Shown in pieces: positions 9,567 through 18,381 of a stretch of 64,000 nt of DNA. Position numbers and translations under genes: made by a program. The notes below the pieces were generated by a model. That model saw only the letters and a list, made by a program, of their open reading frames with translations, made no database searches and was not told where the DNA came from. Origin of the DNA: Candidatus Daviesbacteria bacterium (GTDB lineage: Bacteria > Patescibacteriota > Microgenomatia > Daviesbacterales > UBA10151); the NCBI GenBank assembly GCA_041690695.1, contig JBEPVZ010000001.1, forward strand, positions 14,943 through 78,942, given 5' to 3'. Position 1 is the first letter of the stretch, and each line of letters opens with the position of its first letter.

Positions 9567-10124
9567 ATGGCAGGAGAACGATTAGATCCATCAGTTCGGT
9601 ACATGGAATTAGTTGCCCAACTAAGTAAAGGTATTACTATTCATCCTCGCATACAAGAATTTACTGCTTTTCAACCTCCACCTGACTGGGAACCAGTAGG
9701 TATTGATCGAGATGACATAATGAATATGTATAAGATGAAAGCATTAAATCGAAAAGAGGGCGTGTTTGTTAAAGCCTTCTCTCCCACTACTGAAGATTAT
9801 GGTTTAAAAGTATTTTCTACATTACGCCAATTAGCAACATTAGGATTACGTTTTCCTATCCTTTCTCCCGTCTCTTTTCTTGATAGAATGCTGATATATC
9901 CACTTGGGGAAGATGAAGGAACGATACGTTGGGGGATGTTACCTCAAGAAGACACTGAACGGGTGAGAGAAGTAGTTGAACAGCATGGATTGACACCGCT
10001 TGAACATTATAGTAGTGCGCCACTAGTTGGTATAAATGGTAGAACATATGTAACTGATCCAATAGAAGATAGTGCTAACTCTATTTATGAGTATCTTGAT
10101 GTGAAGAGAAAAGGTATCAAATAA
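9567..10124 (+). CDS. Hypothetical protein
   Basis: 185-aa ORF; no recognisable motif. Confidence 0.35.
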   Translation: MAGERLDPSVRYMELVAQLSKGITIHPRIQEFTAFQPPPDWEPVGIDRDDIMNMYKMKALNRKEGVFVKAFSPTTEDYGLKVFSTLRQLATLGLRFPILSPVSFLDRMLIYPLGEDEGTIRWGMLPQEDTERVREVVEQHGLTPLEHYSSAPLVGINGRTYVTDPIEDSANSIYEYLDVKRKGIK

Positions 10125-10154
10125 TCCTTCCTGTAAATACTCTATAATCTAATT

Positions 10155-10316
10155 ATGACTCAGCAACATCATAAGCATACATCAGCAGATCACCATGCAC
10201 ACTCTAATCTAGTTATCGAGCAACGTGGCGGGAAAAATAGAACGGTAGCGGGTCTTTTGGCACTCTTACCGGGCGGTATCGGTATTCACAAATTTTATTT
10301 AAGCAAAGTTGGCTGA
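10155..10316 (+). pseudogene. Short ORF (~53 aa) encoding an N-terminal TM2-domain-like fragment (LLALLPGGIGIHKFYLSK); probably truncated
   Basis: Hand translation. The GG(L/I)GxH(R/K)FYLG motif is typical of TM2-domain proteins, but the ORF stops before the second helix. Coordinates approximate. Confidence 0.25.
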
Positions 10317-10389
10317 ATATTTTGCTTTTTACTGAACAGAAATCGCCATTTTTCTGATATAATTGGCTTCAGTATTCTTCATGTAGGCA

Positions 10390-10448
10390 CGCCTTATTTC
10401 ACGAATCCAGGCTAAGAGGTGTTCGAACAAAAGTGCATGGAGGGCACC
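10390..10448. repeat. Copy A of a ~58-nt intergenic repeat (CGCCTTATTTCACGAATCC...GTTCGAACAAAAGTGCATGGAGGGCAC)
   Basis: ~86% identical to copy B at 11497..11553. Contains the small hairpin GTGC-ATGGAGG-GCAC. Lies just downstream of a minus-strand gene. Confidence 0.5.
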
Positions 10449-10567
10449 AAAGGAGACACCTAGTTAACCTACTAGCCATATTTGCATTTTGAAGTACGAG
10501 TATTTGATATTCCTGTAAATCCAAGATTGTTTATTTCTGGTGATCCGACATAATGATATTTACAAAG

Positions 10568-11425
10568 TTATTCGGGAGTAGGGTTTAATTCAACCTTATT
10601 TATTAGATCCCTCCCATGATCTTTGAGATATACCATACCTCTTGTAAGGCGATCTACAGGTACAGTAGGGAGTAGCAATTCAGGAATGGAATGCCGAATA
10701 AATGGATCATCATATTCTGGATAAGATATACCCTTATATAGCAAATCTCTTCCGCCAATGGCTTTATCACGTAATTTTCCCCAACCAACAGCAAAAAGAT
10801 TAAGAACGTTGAAAGCGGCGTTAGCCCCAGCATAAAGAGCTGCGACTGTAGCCGTACCATGTAGTACTTCTACAGGGCTCGAGCTATGGAGTAAGGTCTC
10901 CATTTCTACAAGGGGCAAAAGTAGTAAGTCTTTTGTCAAAAATGTCCAATAGCTAGAAAGAAATGCAATATTATATTCTCCTCCATTAAGAAGCTTTTCT
11001 CTTTTTAGAACATCTTTTATCCCTTTGTTAACTTCTTGTTGAAATGCGTCAACATAAGCTTTATCAAAGTTTCCTCCTTCGTTTGAACGTGATACATGTT
11101 GAGCTAATTCCTGATCGTTAACTGCTACATACCATGTATCACTTTCTTTTCGTGTTTGTACGATATTGTTTCTATTCCAAACATCCATTCGAGGCATTTG
11201 TAAAAATTTGGCTATGCGGACTGTCCCAATTTGATCATAGTCAATTGCTCTATCTTGAGGTTTTTGAATAATCGCAATATCACCCCGTATATCAGCAGTC
11301 TGCATAAATCCATCGGCAACAGGATGATTTACTTCCATAATATCTCGTGCAACTCCTCGATATTCATCAAGTGACACTACCTTATGATGTTTGAATTGGT
11401 ATCCTTGTGGTGCATGTTCTGCCAT
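10568..11425 (-). CDS. Hypothetical protein (285 aa), bracketed by repeat copies A and B; locally higher GC
   Basis: Tracked ORF with no recognisable domain; composition differs from neighbouring genes. Confidence 0.4.
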   Translation of the reverse strand: MAEHAPQGYQFKHHKVVSLDEYRGVARDIMEVNHPVADGFMQTADIRGDIAIIQKPQDRAIDYDQIGTVRIAKFLQMPRMDVWNRNNIVQTRKESDTWYVAVNDQELAQHVSRSNEGGNFDKAYVDAFQQEVNKGIKDVLKREKLLNGGEYNIAFLSSYWTFLTKDLLLLPLVEMETLLHSSSPVEVLHGTATVAALYAGANAAFNVLNLFAVGWGKLRDKAIGGRDLLYKGISYPEYDDPFIRHSIPELLLPTVPVDRLTRGMVYLKDHGRDLINKVELNPTPE

Positions 11426-11496
11426 GATCGGAATATATCATATTTTTGAAGCTGATATCAATTATAGGTCAGAATGGCTATAATTTAAGCAAAGCT

Positions 11497-11553
11497 CGCC
11501 TTATCTCATGAATCCAAACGAGGAAGTGTTCGACAAAAGTGCATGGAGGGCAC
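11497..11553. repeat. Copy B of the ~58-nt intergenic repeat
   Basis: Aligned by eye to copy A with 8 differences including a 1-nt indel. Lies between the stop of the 11564..13684 gene and the start of the 10568..11425 gene. Confidence 0.5.
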
Positions 11554-11563
11554 TAATAAAACT

Positions 11564-13684
11564 TTATTTTAACTTTCGTCTCTTTTCGCGAATAAATAAG
11601 GCTGCCAAAGTAATAATCACTAAAAATAAAACACCCATAATAATTATTACTTTCGGTGACGATAAAGGTGATTGTGGTTTAACCTGAATATTTAAATCAA
11701 ATTCTTTAACATCACCTGATAAATTAAGAGACTGCTCGCCTTGAAAACCATTGTAAGCTACTAAAACTTTATGATCTCCTGACTCGACATTATGAAAGGT
11801 TGCAAAACCATCTTTATCAGTTTTAGTAACTTGGGGAGTCGAATGGATCGTCACCGTTGCTCCTTCAACTGGTTTTTTATTAGTATCAAAAACCTTTATT
11901 TTGACATTATATCCACCTGATGCACGCGAAGGAGAAACTTGACCAGGCGGTTGATCACTCTCACTCGGCTTGGGTGAATCCAACTCAGAGCTTGGGAGAT
12001 TAGATTGATTAATCCTTCCTAACGACCCGGTCGAAGTTGAAACTTCATTTGACCATGGACCCGTGGCACAGCCATTTCCACCTCGAACTCTAAAATAATA
12101 TGTCATATTGGGAGAAAGAGAGCCAACTAAGAAAGTCATTTGGGAGCGCGAGTTTATCCCCATATCCGAAACCCCATAAAGATAACTTCCAGATTTCGTG
12201 CCATACTCTAAAACGTATTTATTAACTGGGTTATCGGCGGCAGTAAATGAAAGTAGAATATGATTACTGTCATTTGAAATAGGTTTAGATAACTCTGGGG
12301 CTTGCGAACCAGGAGATTGATCTGTACACACCCCTGGTGAGTTTGAAGACGAATTTTGATTTGAGTTTGAGGTCGAAGTTGAAGGGGTCGTTCTGGTAAA
12401 ATTGACACTGTACTCATAAATTCCATAATGCAGCCAGGTCGAGGCTATAAAATACATAGTCTGGCCATTATTAACCAGAAACGAGTCAGTCACATAGGGT
12501 CCATAATAATCCCAACTTGGGTTACTAATCGTAAATGGCATGGTTAAAGTTAGGGGAGCACTCCATGGTCCTGTCAAACTATCCGCTAAATAATAATGAA
12601 CAACACTCGGTAAACAACCATCACTGCCTGTCATCAACATATATTTTTGCAAATATGGATTATAGATAACCGAAAACTCAGCAATCGTTAGATATGTGCA
12701 TTCACTTTGCCCGGAAGGGTAGGGAGCTGTGGCATAATCTTTATCAAAAGTGAAATTTGGATCATTCGGCGGAATTAGCCAAACTACTTGACTATCAATC
12801 GTCGATTCATTAACTACAGGATCTGACCAAACATTATTTCCTTCGTAATAACTGAAGCCTAGTGTCCCGCTGGCGTTCAGAAATTCACTAATTGATGTTC
12901 GGGCTAACTTAACACCACCAAAACGATTAGCCGGGCTACCAATCATGTAGAGATAACCACCAGTATTATCGACGACAAAAGCACTTTGGGCAAAAGCATA
13001 TTGCAAGGTGTTGGAAAAGGAGCGTTGCCAGACATAGACCGAACCTTTGTAAGCTTCGAACAACCCACTTGAGGAATTATATTTGGCAATTTTGGTCAAA
13101 TTTGACCAATGTGTGAATCCACCCACATTTCCGCCCGACATAAAACCGGCAAACATGTAATCTGTGCCTGTTTGGGTCAAGGTAAAAGCTCCATTCGGTA
13201 AATCCGCCGGACCATCGTTTAGTGCCTTAGATGCCAGTGCTCCACCAAATTGCGGGTTTAACATATTATCAACATGAATTCCTTGATCGAGAGTTGTGGT
13301 CGTCGGAGCACTTAAAACCTTAAAAGCATCGGTAGTTAAACCAACCGTATCGCCTAACACAAAATACCAGCGGTTATTATATAGGGTTGGCGCACCGAGA
13401 TCGGCACCTTGAACAAAACCTAAAGAGTTGCTATCAAACTGTGGAATTGACGAAGGGTCTGGCCCACCACCATGAATACTTAAACTCCCAGTCCCAATAA
13501 TTTTCCCAATCATAGTCGCTTGGGAGGTGGTGATGGTCGTACTATCTGCATAAACTGGATGGGCGATCCAGCCACCAATCTTGAGAGGGAGGACTAAGAC
13601 TAAAATAAATAAAAAGGCAGTAACACATTTTGGCATATGTTTTTTATAATATTTATAATTTGAGATGGTAGTAGTATAGGACAA
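11564..13684 (-). CDS. Large secreted, membrane-anchored surface protein P1. Order: signal peptide, beta-rich extracellular domain, S/T linker, FN3-like domain, CarboxypepD_reg-like domain, C-terminal TM + KRRK anchor
   Basis: The track ORF starts at a TTG; the in-frame ATG at 13636 gives a typical signal peptide (MPKCVTAFLFILVLVLPLKIGGWIAHPVYA). The C-terminal ~280 aa are homologous to the C-terminus of 33087..36221. Confidence 0.6.
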   Translation of the reverse strand: MSYTTTISNYKYYKKHMPKCVTAFLFILVLVLPLKIGGWIAHPVYADSTTITTSQATMIGKIIGTGSLSIHGGGPDPSSIPQFDSNSLGFVQGADLGAPTLYNNRWYFVLGDTVGLTTDAFKVLSAPTTTTLDQGIHVDNMLNPQFGGALASKALNDGPADLPNGAFTLTQTGTDYMFAGFMSGGNVGGFTHWSNLTKIAKYNSSSGLFEAYKGSVYVWQRSFSNTLQYAFAQSAFVVDNTGGYLYMIGSPANRFGGVKLARTSISEFLNASGTLGFSYYEGNNVWSDPVVNESTIDSQVVWLIPPNDPNFTFDKDYATAPYPSGQSECTYLTIAEFSVIYNPYLQKYMLMTGSDGCLPSVVHYYLADSLTGPWSAPLTLTMPFTISNPSWDYYGPYVTDSFLVNNGQTMYFIASTWLHYGIYEYSVNFTRTTPSTSTSNSNQNSSSNSPGVCTDQSPGSQAPELSKPISNDSNHILLSFTAADNPVNKYVLEYGTKSGSYLYGVSDMGINSRSQMTFLVGSLSPNMTYYFRVRGGNGCATGPWSNEVSTSTGSLGRINQSNLPSSELDSPKPSESDQPPGQVSPSRASGGYNVKIKVFDTNKKPVEGATVTIHSTPQVTKTDKDGFATFHNVESGDHKVLVAYNGFQGEQSLNLSGDVKEFDLNIQVKPQSPLSSPKVIIIMGVLFLVIITLAALFIREKRRKLK

Positions 13685-13757
13685 TACTTAGGTTGTGACA
13701 ATCATATTTTACCGCTTTATTTAAAATCTTCAGGCTGGTAAAATCATCCATGTACTT

Positions 13758-13829
13758 CGGGGTGTAGTTCATCGGTAGAACGCTCGCTTTGGGAGCGAGA
13801 AGCAGCAAGTTCAATTCTTGTCACCCCGA
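13758..13829 (+). tRNA. tRNA-Pro (anticodon TGG)
   Basis: C1-G72 acceptor pair typical of bacterial tRNA-Pro, D-stem GTTC/GAAC, anticodon stem CTCGC/GCGAG with loop TTTGGGA, T-loop TTCAATT. Confidence 0.8.
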
Positions 13830-13852
13830 CCTAATCAAGATAGAATAGGTGT

Positions 13853-14833
13853 GTGCCAAACAAGAAATCCAAATCACATAAAAAGACTGCTCCTAAATCC
13901 AAGAAGACATTATCTCCAAAACACAAAAATTCCCATTTAGTAGCTTTACTCGTCATCAGCCTAATTATTTTAATTGGAGGATTTTATTTACTTCATGTCA
14001 TTGCCAGTAAATATACTCAAAGCCAATATATTCAAACTAAAGTTTATCAATTTACCCCTAAAGATCTACCTGAAACTGGCAGTAGCAGCGCTACTCCAAA
14101 GGTTGCCAGTATTTCAGCCGTTTTACCACAAAAAGCAGTCTTACCGGCCGCAACAGGTAATTCAGTCCGAGTACCAATTTTGACTTACCATTATATTGGT
14201 AATAATCCCAATCCGGCTGATACCGCCCGTGATAATCTTGAGATTACCCCCGACAAATTTCAAGATGAGATGCAATATTTGTCGACTAATAAATATAATG
14301 CCATTAGTTTAGATACATTATTTAATGCCCTCGACAACCATGGAGCATTACCTTCAAAACCTATTATCTTAACCTTTGATGATGGTTATATTGATTTTTA
14401 TTTAAATGCCTTTCCGATACTTGAGCGTTTTAATCTTCATGCCACCGCCTTTATTCCAACTGGCTTAATTGGTAAACCAGCTTATATGACTTGGGATCAG
14501 ATTAAAGAGATCCAAGGTTCAGGCTTAATCTCATTTCAAGCTCACTCAATTAACCATCCTGACTTAACAAAAGTAAGTCTTGATCAGGCTAAAAATGAGA
14601 TTATTCAAAGTAAAAAGACTCTCGAGTCCTTTTTAGGGATGCCTGTTAACTTTTTTGCTTATCCTTATGGCGCATCTAATGCCCAGACCTGGCAACTTGT
14701 TAAAGATGCAGGATTTATTGGAGCGGTTGGAACGTGGTCGGGGAACGAGGAAAATATCGGTCTAGCTTACGATTTACCCAGAATTAAAATTGCTGGAGCA
14801 ATAAGTCTATCCGATTTTACCACCAAATTATAA
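13853..14833 (+). CDS. Polysaccharide deacetylase (NodB/CE4 family), membrane-anchored
   Basis: GTG start; basic N-terminus plus TM; NodB motifs TFDDG and HSINHPDL. Confidence 0.7.
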   Translation: MPNKKSKSHKKTAPKSKKTLSPKHKNSHLVALLVISLIILIGGFYLLHVIASKYTQSQYIQTKVYQFTPKDLPETGSSSATPKVASISAVLPQKAVLPAATGNSVRVPILTYHYIGNNPNPADTARDNLEITPDKFQDEMQYLSTNKYNAISLDTLFNALDNHGALPSKPIILTFDDGYIDFYLNAFPILERFNLHATAFIPTGLIGKPAYMTWDQIKEIQGSGLISFQAHSINHPDLTKVSLDQAKNEIIQSKKTLESFLGMPVNFFAYPYGASNAQTWQLVKDAGFIGAVGTWSGNEENIGLAYDLPRIKIAGAISLSDFTTKL

Positions 14834-14897
14834 ACCCTTACTCTTTCAAGCAAAGGTTATAATTTTGGTGTAATTAACTGAAAATTCCTAAGGGAGA

Positions 14898-15182
14898 TTA
14901 TCTATCCTCACGAGGTCGCGCTTCGTTAACAACGATTTTTCGACCATCCATATCAGAACCATTCAATTTATTAATTGCTTCTTCAGCTTCATTATCATTA
15001 GCCATTTCAACGAATCCAAAACCGCGACTGCGGCCTGTTTGTCGATCCATTAAAACAGTAGCTGACAAAACTTGTCCGAATGCTGCAAATAATTCTTCTA
15101 ATTTTTTATTATCAATTGCCCAAGGCAAAGATCCTACAAATAACTTTTTAGCCAAACTTAACTCACCACCTCTCACAACCAC
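14898..15182 (-). CDS. RNA-binding protein with a single RRM domain
   Basis: RNP-2 LFVGSL and RNP-1 RGFGFVEM. Confidence 0.8.
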   Translation of the reverse strand: MVVRGGELSLAKKLFVGSLPWAIDNKKLEELFAAFGQVLSATVLMDRQTGRSRGFGFVEMANDNEAEEAINKLNGSDMDGRKIVVNEARPREDR

Positions 15183-15259
15183 TCATCTTTATACATGAGT
15201 ATATCTGTAATCGTAACCTAAATAGCTTAACTAATCAAGTTTTAGTCAATATCCTAAAA

Positions 15260-15829
15260 TTAGGGCTTAGTTATCTTATAAACAGTATGGCCATTTCTCT
15301 TGCGAATTTCTTTAATATCGAGCTTATATTCTCGGCCAATTTTAGGAATTAATCTATTTAAAGCGCTAACCACAACTAACCAATACTCGCCCCGAGCATT
15401 CAGAATTTGATAGGGCTTTAAGATAAACTCTTCAGCAATAGTTTCATCCCCAATCTTAGCTGGAACGTTTGAAACGATTAAATCAAAGGTCTGATCTTTG
15501 ACCGCCTCCGCACCTAAACTGGCCAGAGCTTTGGCATTCTTAATCTGGTTTCTGGCAATATTATGTTCAGTGTAGCGAACAGCCAGGAGATCACGATCAA
15601 TCATAATAACTTCAGCTCTCGGATTAGTTTTAGCTAAAATAATTCCTAAGCAACCGACACCACAGCCGATATCTAAAATAGTTTTAGGCTTATTTGGTGT
15701 AATAGATCGGATTAAGATATCTGTGCCATGATCAATATCAAAGGTCGAAAAAAGAGTATTGGCGGTTTCAAAAATGAACTTAAGACCATTAAAAGTATAG
15801 GTCAGCTCTTTTTTGAAATAGATATCCAT
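15260..15829 (-). CDS. Class I SAM-dependent methyltransferase (small MTS-type, RsmC/PrmC-like)
   Basis: Motif I ILDIGCGVGCLG; catalytic region DLIVSNVP. Confidence 0.55.
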   Translation of the reverse strand: MDIYFKKELTYTFNGLKFIFETANTLFSTFDIDHGTDILIRSITPNKPKTILDIGCGVGCLGIILAKTNPRAEVIMIDRDLLAVRYTEHNIARNQIKNAKALASLGAEAVKDQTFDLIVSNVPAKIGDETIAEEFILKPYQILNARGEYWLVVVSALNRLIPKIGREYKLDIKEIRKRNGHTVYKITKP

Positions 15830-15853
15830 CCTGGAATTGTATCAGACTTAAAG

Positions 15854-17032
15854 CTAAGGTGAGGGACTAGCCGTTTGAGAAGCGCTCGCAGTTGGAGAAG
15901 GAGTTGGACTGGCAGTAGCCGTTGGACTGGGCGACGAAGTCGGAGAGGCGGTTGGAGAAGCTGAAGGTGTCGGAGTAGCTGAGCTATTACTAAAAGTTAC
16001 ACTCGGATTATGGTTACCCGAATCAGTCACATTAAAACCGCGAGTGGTATCAGCGACCGTAAAAGTATCGGTGCCATTAATTGTCGAAATTAAGGAGAAA
16101 GTGGTTTGACCATTCAGAGTTTGAACAGTCACCGATGGTGTAGAGCCATTTATAGTTAAACTTGAGTCAGTAGTGTTGAGTGAGATTGTTAAAGTATCGC
16201 TCACCGGCGCTAAATTATTATTACAATCAAGGAGTTGAATGGCGATACTGCCAGTATTATTTGAATTCGATGTCGAAATTGCTTCCGAGTTAAAACCACG
16301 TGGTGTACCGGCACATGAGCCTGAATTTGAAAAAGTCACGCTCGGATCCTTATAGCCTGGAGCAGTAACATGTAGTGTGTGGTCAGTATCTTTAACAGTA
16401 AAAACTGCGGTTGTTGGGTTTGGAGAGTTGACCGAGAAAGTCACTTTACCATTCTGGGCTTGTATATTAACGGGAGATGACGCGCCATTAATAGTAGTCG
16501 CCGCATCCCCAGAAGACAAAGTTACAGTCAAATGGTCGCTTGAGACATCACTGTTATTACAATCTAATAACTCAATGCTGATATTAACTGCTGAGTTAAC
16601 CTGAGACGTTTTTGATCCAACATAGACTTGAGAATTATCTTCTGTCGGAGTGCCGGCGCAAGCAGAACTATTGCTTGATGGGGCGGTCGATGGGAATGGA
16701 GTCGAGCTAGGTAGGGGAGTAATCGATGGCAAGGGTGAGAAACTTGGCAAAGGCATCGGGGTTGATAAATCAGCTGCTCCGCCAATATTATTTGAAGTCG
16801 TTGAAATACCCAAAACGCTATCGTCAGAGGGACTAGCACTTTCGGTAGCTAAAAGAGCATCTGGATTAGCAGGCAGGGGCGAGTAATTAGAATCATCTGA
16901 AGTTGAATTGACAACTTGAGCGACTGCTTTCGAGAAAAAAGAGCCTCGAACTCTTAGTGCGAAAAAGCCAAATCCAATTAAACAGATTAAAATAAGAATT
17001 AAAAGTTTGTGGGAGAGCAGCCGGGAAATCAT
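15854..17032 (-). CDS. Membrane-anchored surface protein with two tandem ~115-aa Ig-like repeats and a PT-rich tail
   Basis: N-terminal TM; internal repeats (SSACAGTP...VTFSN / SGSCAGTP...VTFSN); C-terminal (A/S)PTxSPT low-complexity stretch. Confidence 0.5.
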   Translation of the reverse strand: MISRLLSHKLLILILICLIGFGFFALRVRGSFFSKAVAQVVNSTSDDSNYSPLPANPDALLATESASPSDDSVLGISTTSNNIGGAADLSTPMPLPSFSPLPSITPLPSSTPFPSTAPSSNSSACAGTPTEDNSQVYVGSKTSQVNSAVNISIELLDCNNSDVSSDHLTVTLSSGDAATTINGASSPVNIQAQNGKVTFSVNSPNPTTAVFTVKDTDHTLHVTAPGYKDPSVTFSNSGSCAGTPRGFNSEAISTSNSNNTGSIAIQLLDCNNNLAPVSDTLTISLNTTDSSLTINGSTPSVTVQTLNGQTTFSLISTINGTDTFTVADTTRGFNVTDSGNHNPSVTFSNSSATPTPSASPTASPTSSPSPTATASPTPSPTASASQTASPSP

Positions 17033-17069
17033 CCCGTCAATTTTACATCTTTGGCGGAGTTTTTGTTAG

Positions 17070-17429
17070 CTAGCGTTCCTCATTAAACGGTTTATAATCT
17101 TCAAATTCCCAACTACCATACCGGGATAAATATTCACTAAGTTTATCCCAATCCATTCCTCTCTCGTCAGCCTGAGCACACAACTTTTCAATAATCAGTT
17201 TAAAATCAGATTCATTAAATTCTTCGACAACAATTAAATGTCGCCCTAGAATATATTTTTTTGACTTTAACTCCCTCCCCAAAAAAGATGGTGAACAAAA
17301 ATGGAACTGAAAAATTTCAGCCCCATCAGAATCATCCAGACCTAATTCGACCTCAACCCAAAAGCTAAAATTAAATTTATCTAGAGGAATTTCATCGCTT
17401 GGTAACCAACTTTTAATAACTACAGCCAT
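17070..17429 (-). CDS. Hypothetical small acidic cytoplasmic protein (immunity-protein-like fold suspected)
   Basis: 119 aa, beta-rich, C-terminal WEFE motif; no secure family assignment. Confidence 0.3.
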   Translation of the reverse strand: MAVVIKSWLPSDEIPLDKFNFSFWVEVELGLDDSDGAEIFQFHFCSPSFLGRELKSKKYILGRHLIVVEEFNESDFKLIIEKLCAQADERGMDWDKLSEYLSRYGSWEFEDYKPFNEER

Positions 17430-17451
17430 ATTAAATTAATTTTAGCAAATT

Positions 17452-17772
17452 TTAGGGTGAAGAGTCTTTGAGCAAAAAACAGACATAATCAGCCCCATCT
17501 GGTAAGTTATCTGTAGTTAAATGACGAGCAGCTAAAATAGTAGCAGGGGAAGTATTTATACCTGCGCTATTAATCTCACCAAAATCAGTCGAATTTATCT
17601 CTACTAAATTTGTACCTCGACGTTGCCAGAAATCCATTCCGATAATAATAGCATCCATGTTCTGACAATCTTCGATAATTTTCAAGGCTGTTTGATGATC
17701 AAACAATAAATCTCCACCTTTGATTACAGCTTGGCTTTTATATTTTTGGTCAATTAGTTGGTTGATACCCAT
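17452..17772 (-). CDS. Hypothetical small protein
   Basis: 106 aa; lies 22 nt upstream of 17070..17429. Confidence 0.3.
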   Translation of the reverse strand: MGINQLIDQKYKSQAVIKGGDLLFDHQTALKIIEDCQNMDAIIIGMDFWQRRGTNLVEINSTDFGEINSAGINTSPATILAARHLTTDNLPDGADYVCFLLKDSSP

Positions 17773-17807
17773 AGCTAAATTCTAACATGACGCTAAAAGT
17801 TAATCTC

Positions 17808-18362
17808 TTAAAACTTAAACAGACCCTGGCGTAAAATTTCAGGCTGGCCATTGACAATTTTAATGACAGTTGAAGGCTCGGAAACTAGTTTACCGGCATC
17901 TTCATAAAAATCGACTTTGTCTCCAAAATAATTTCGAGCTTCCTCGATTGTGTTAGCGGATGGTTCGCCTTGAGGATTAGCACTAGTTGAGACCAGTGGG
18001 CCAGTTTGGCCGATCAAGTTTAATAAAAAGTCGTTGTTAGGCATCCTAAAAGCCAAAGTGTTACTACCCCGATGTAGAAAATCCCACTTATCTGAAACTG
18101 ACAAAATAACACTCACTGGATTTGGCCAAATTTTAGTTAATAAATCAACTAACTTCTGATTTAAATCAACTCCAAATTGTTTAAGATCGTGAACATTTGC
18201 AATCACCACAATTAACGGTTTATGATCATCCCGACCTTTCAGATCGTAAATTCTTTGAACTGCCATTTGGTCAGAGGCCAGGGCATGGAGACCATAGATA
18301 GTGTCCGTTGGTAAAACTGCGACACCTTGATTATTTAAAATTTTAATTAATTGTGAATCCAC
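17808..18362 (-). CDS. tsaC: L-threonylcarbamoyladenylate synthase (YrdC/TsaC family)
   Basis: YrdC motif LPTDTIYGL; ~184 aa. Confidence 0.7.
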   Translation of the reverse strand: MDSQLIKILNNQGVAVLPTDTIYGLHALASDQMAVQRIYDLKGRDDHKPLIVVIANVHDLKQFGVDLNQKLVDLLTKIWPNPVSVILSVSDKWDFLHRGSNTLAFRMPNNDFLLNLIGQTGPLVSTSANPQGEPSANTIEEARNYFGDKVDFYEDAGKLVSEPSTVIKIVNGQPEILRQGLFKF

Positions 18363-18381
18363 AAGGCCATATTTTAGCAGA

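Noticed and set aside
10390-11553. Repeat copies A and B as remnants of a protein-coding gene (reverse-complement translations share ...EHLLAWIREIRRA...)
   Set aside because: The two copies are in different frames relative to the shared peptide because of a 1-nt indel. Each is preceded by an in-frame stop within ~20 codons and has no start, so coding conservation is not supported. Treated as a nucleotide-level repeat.
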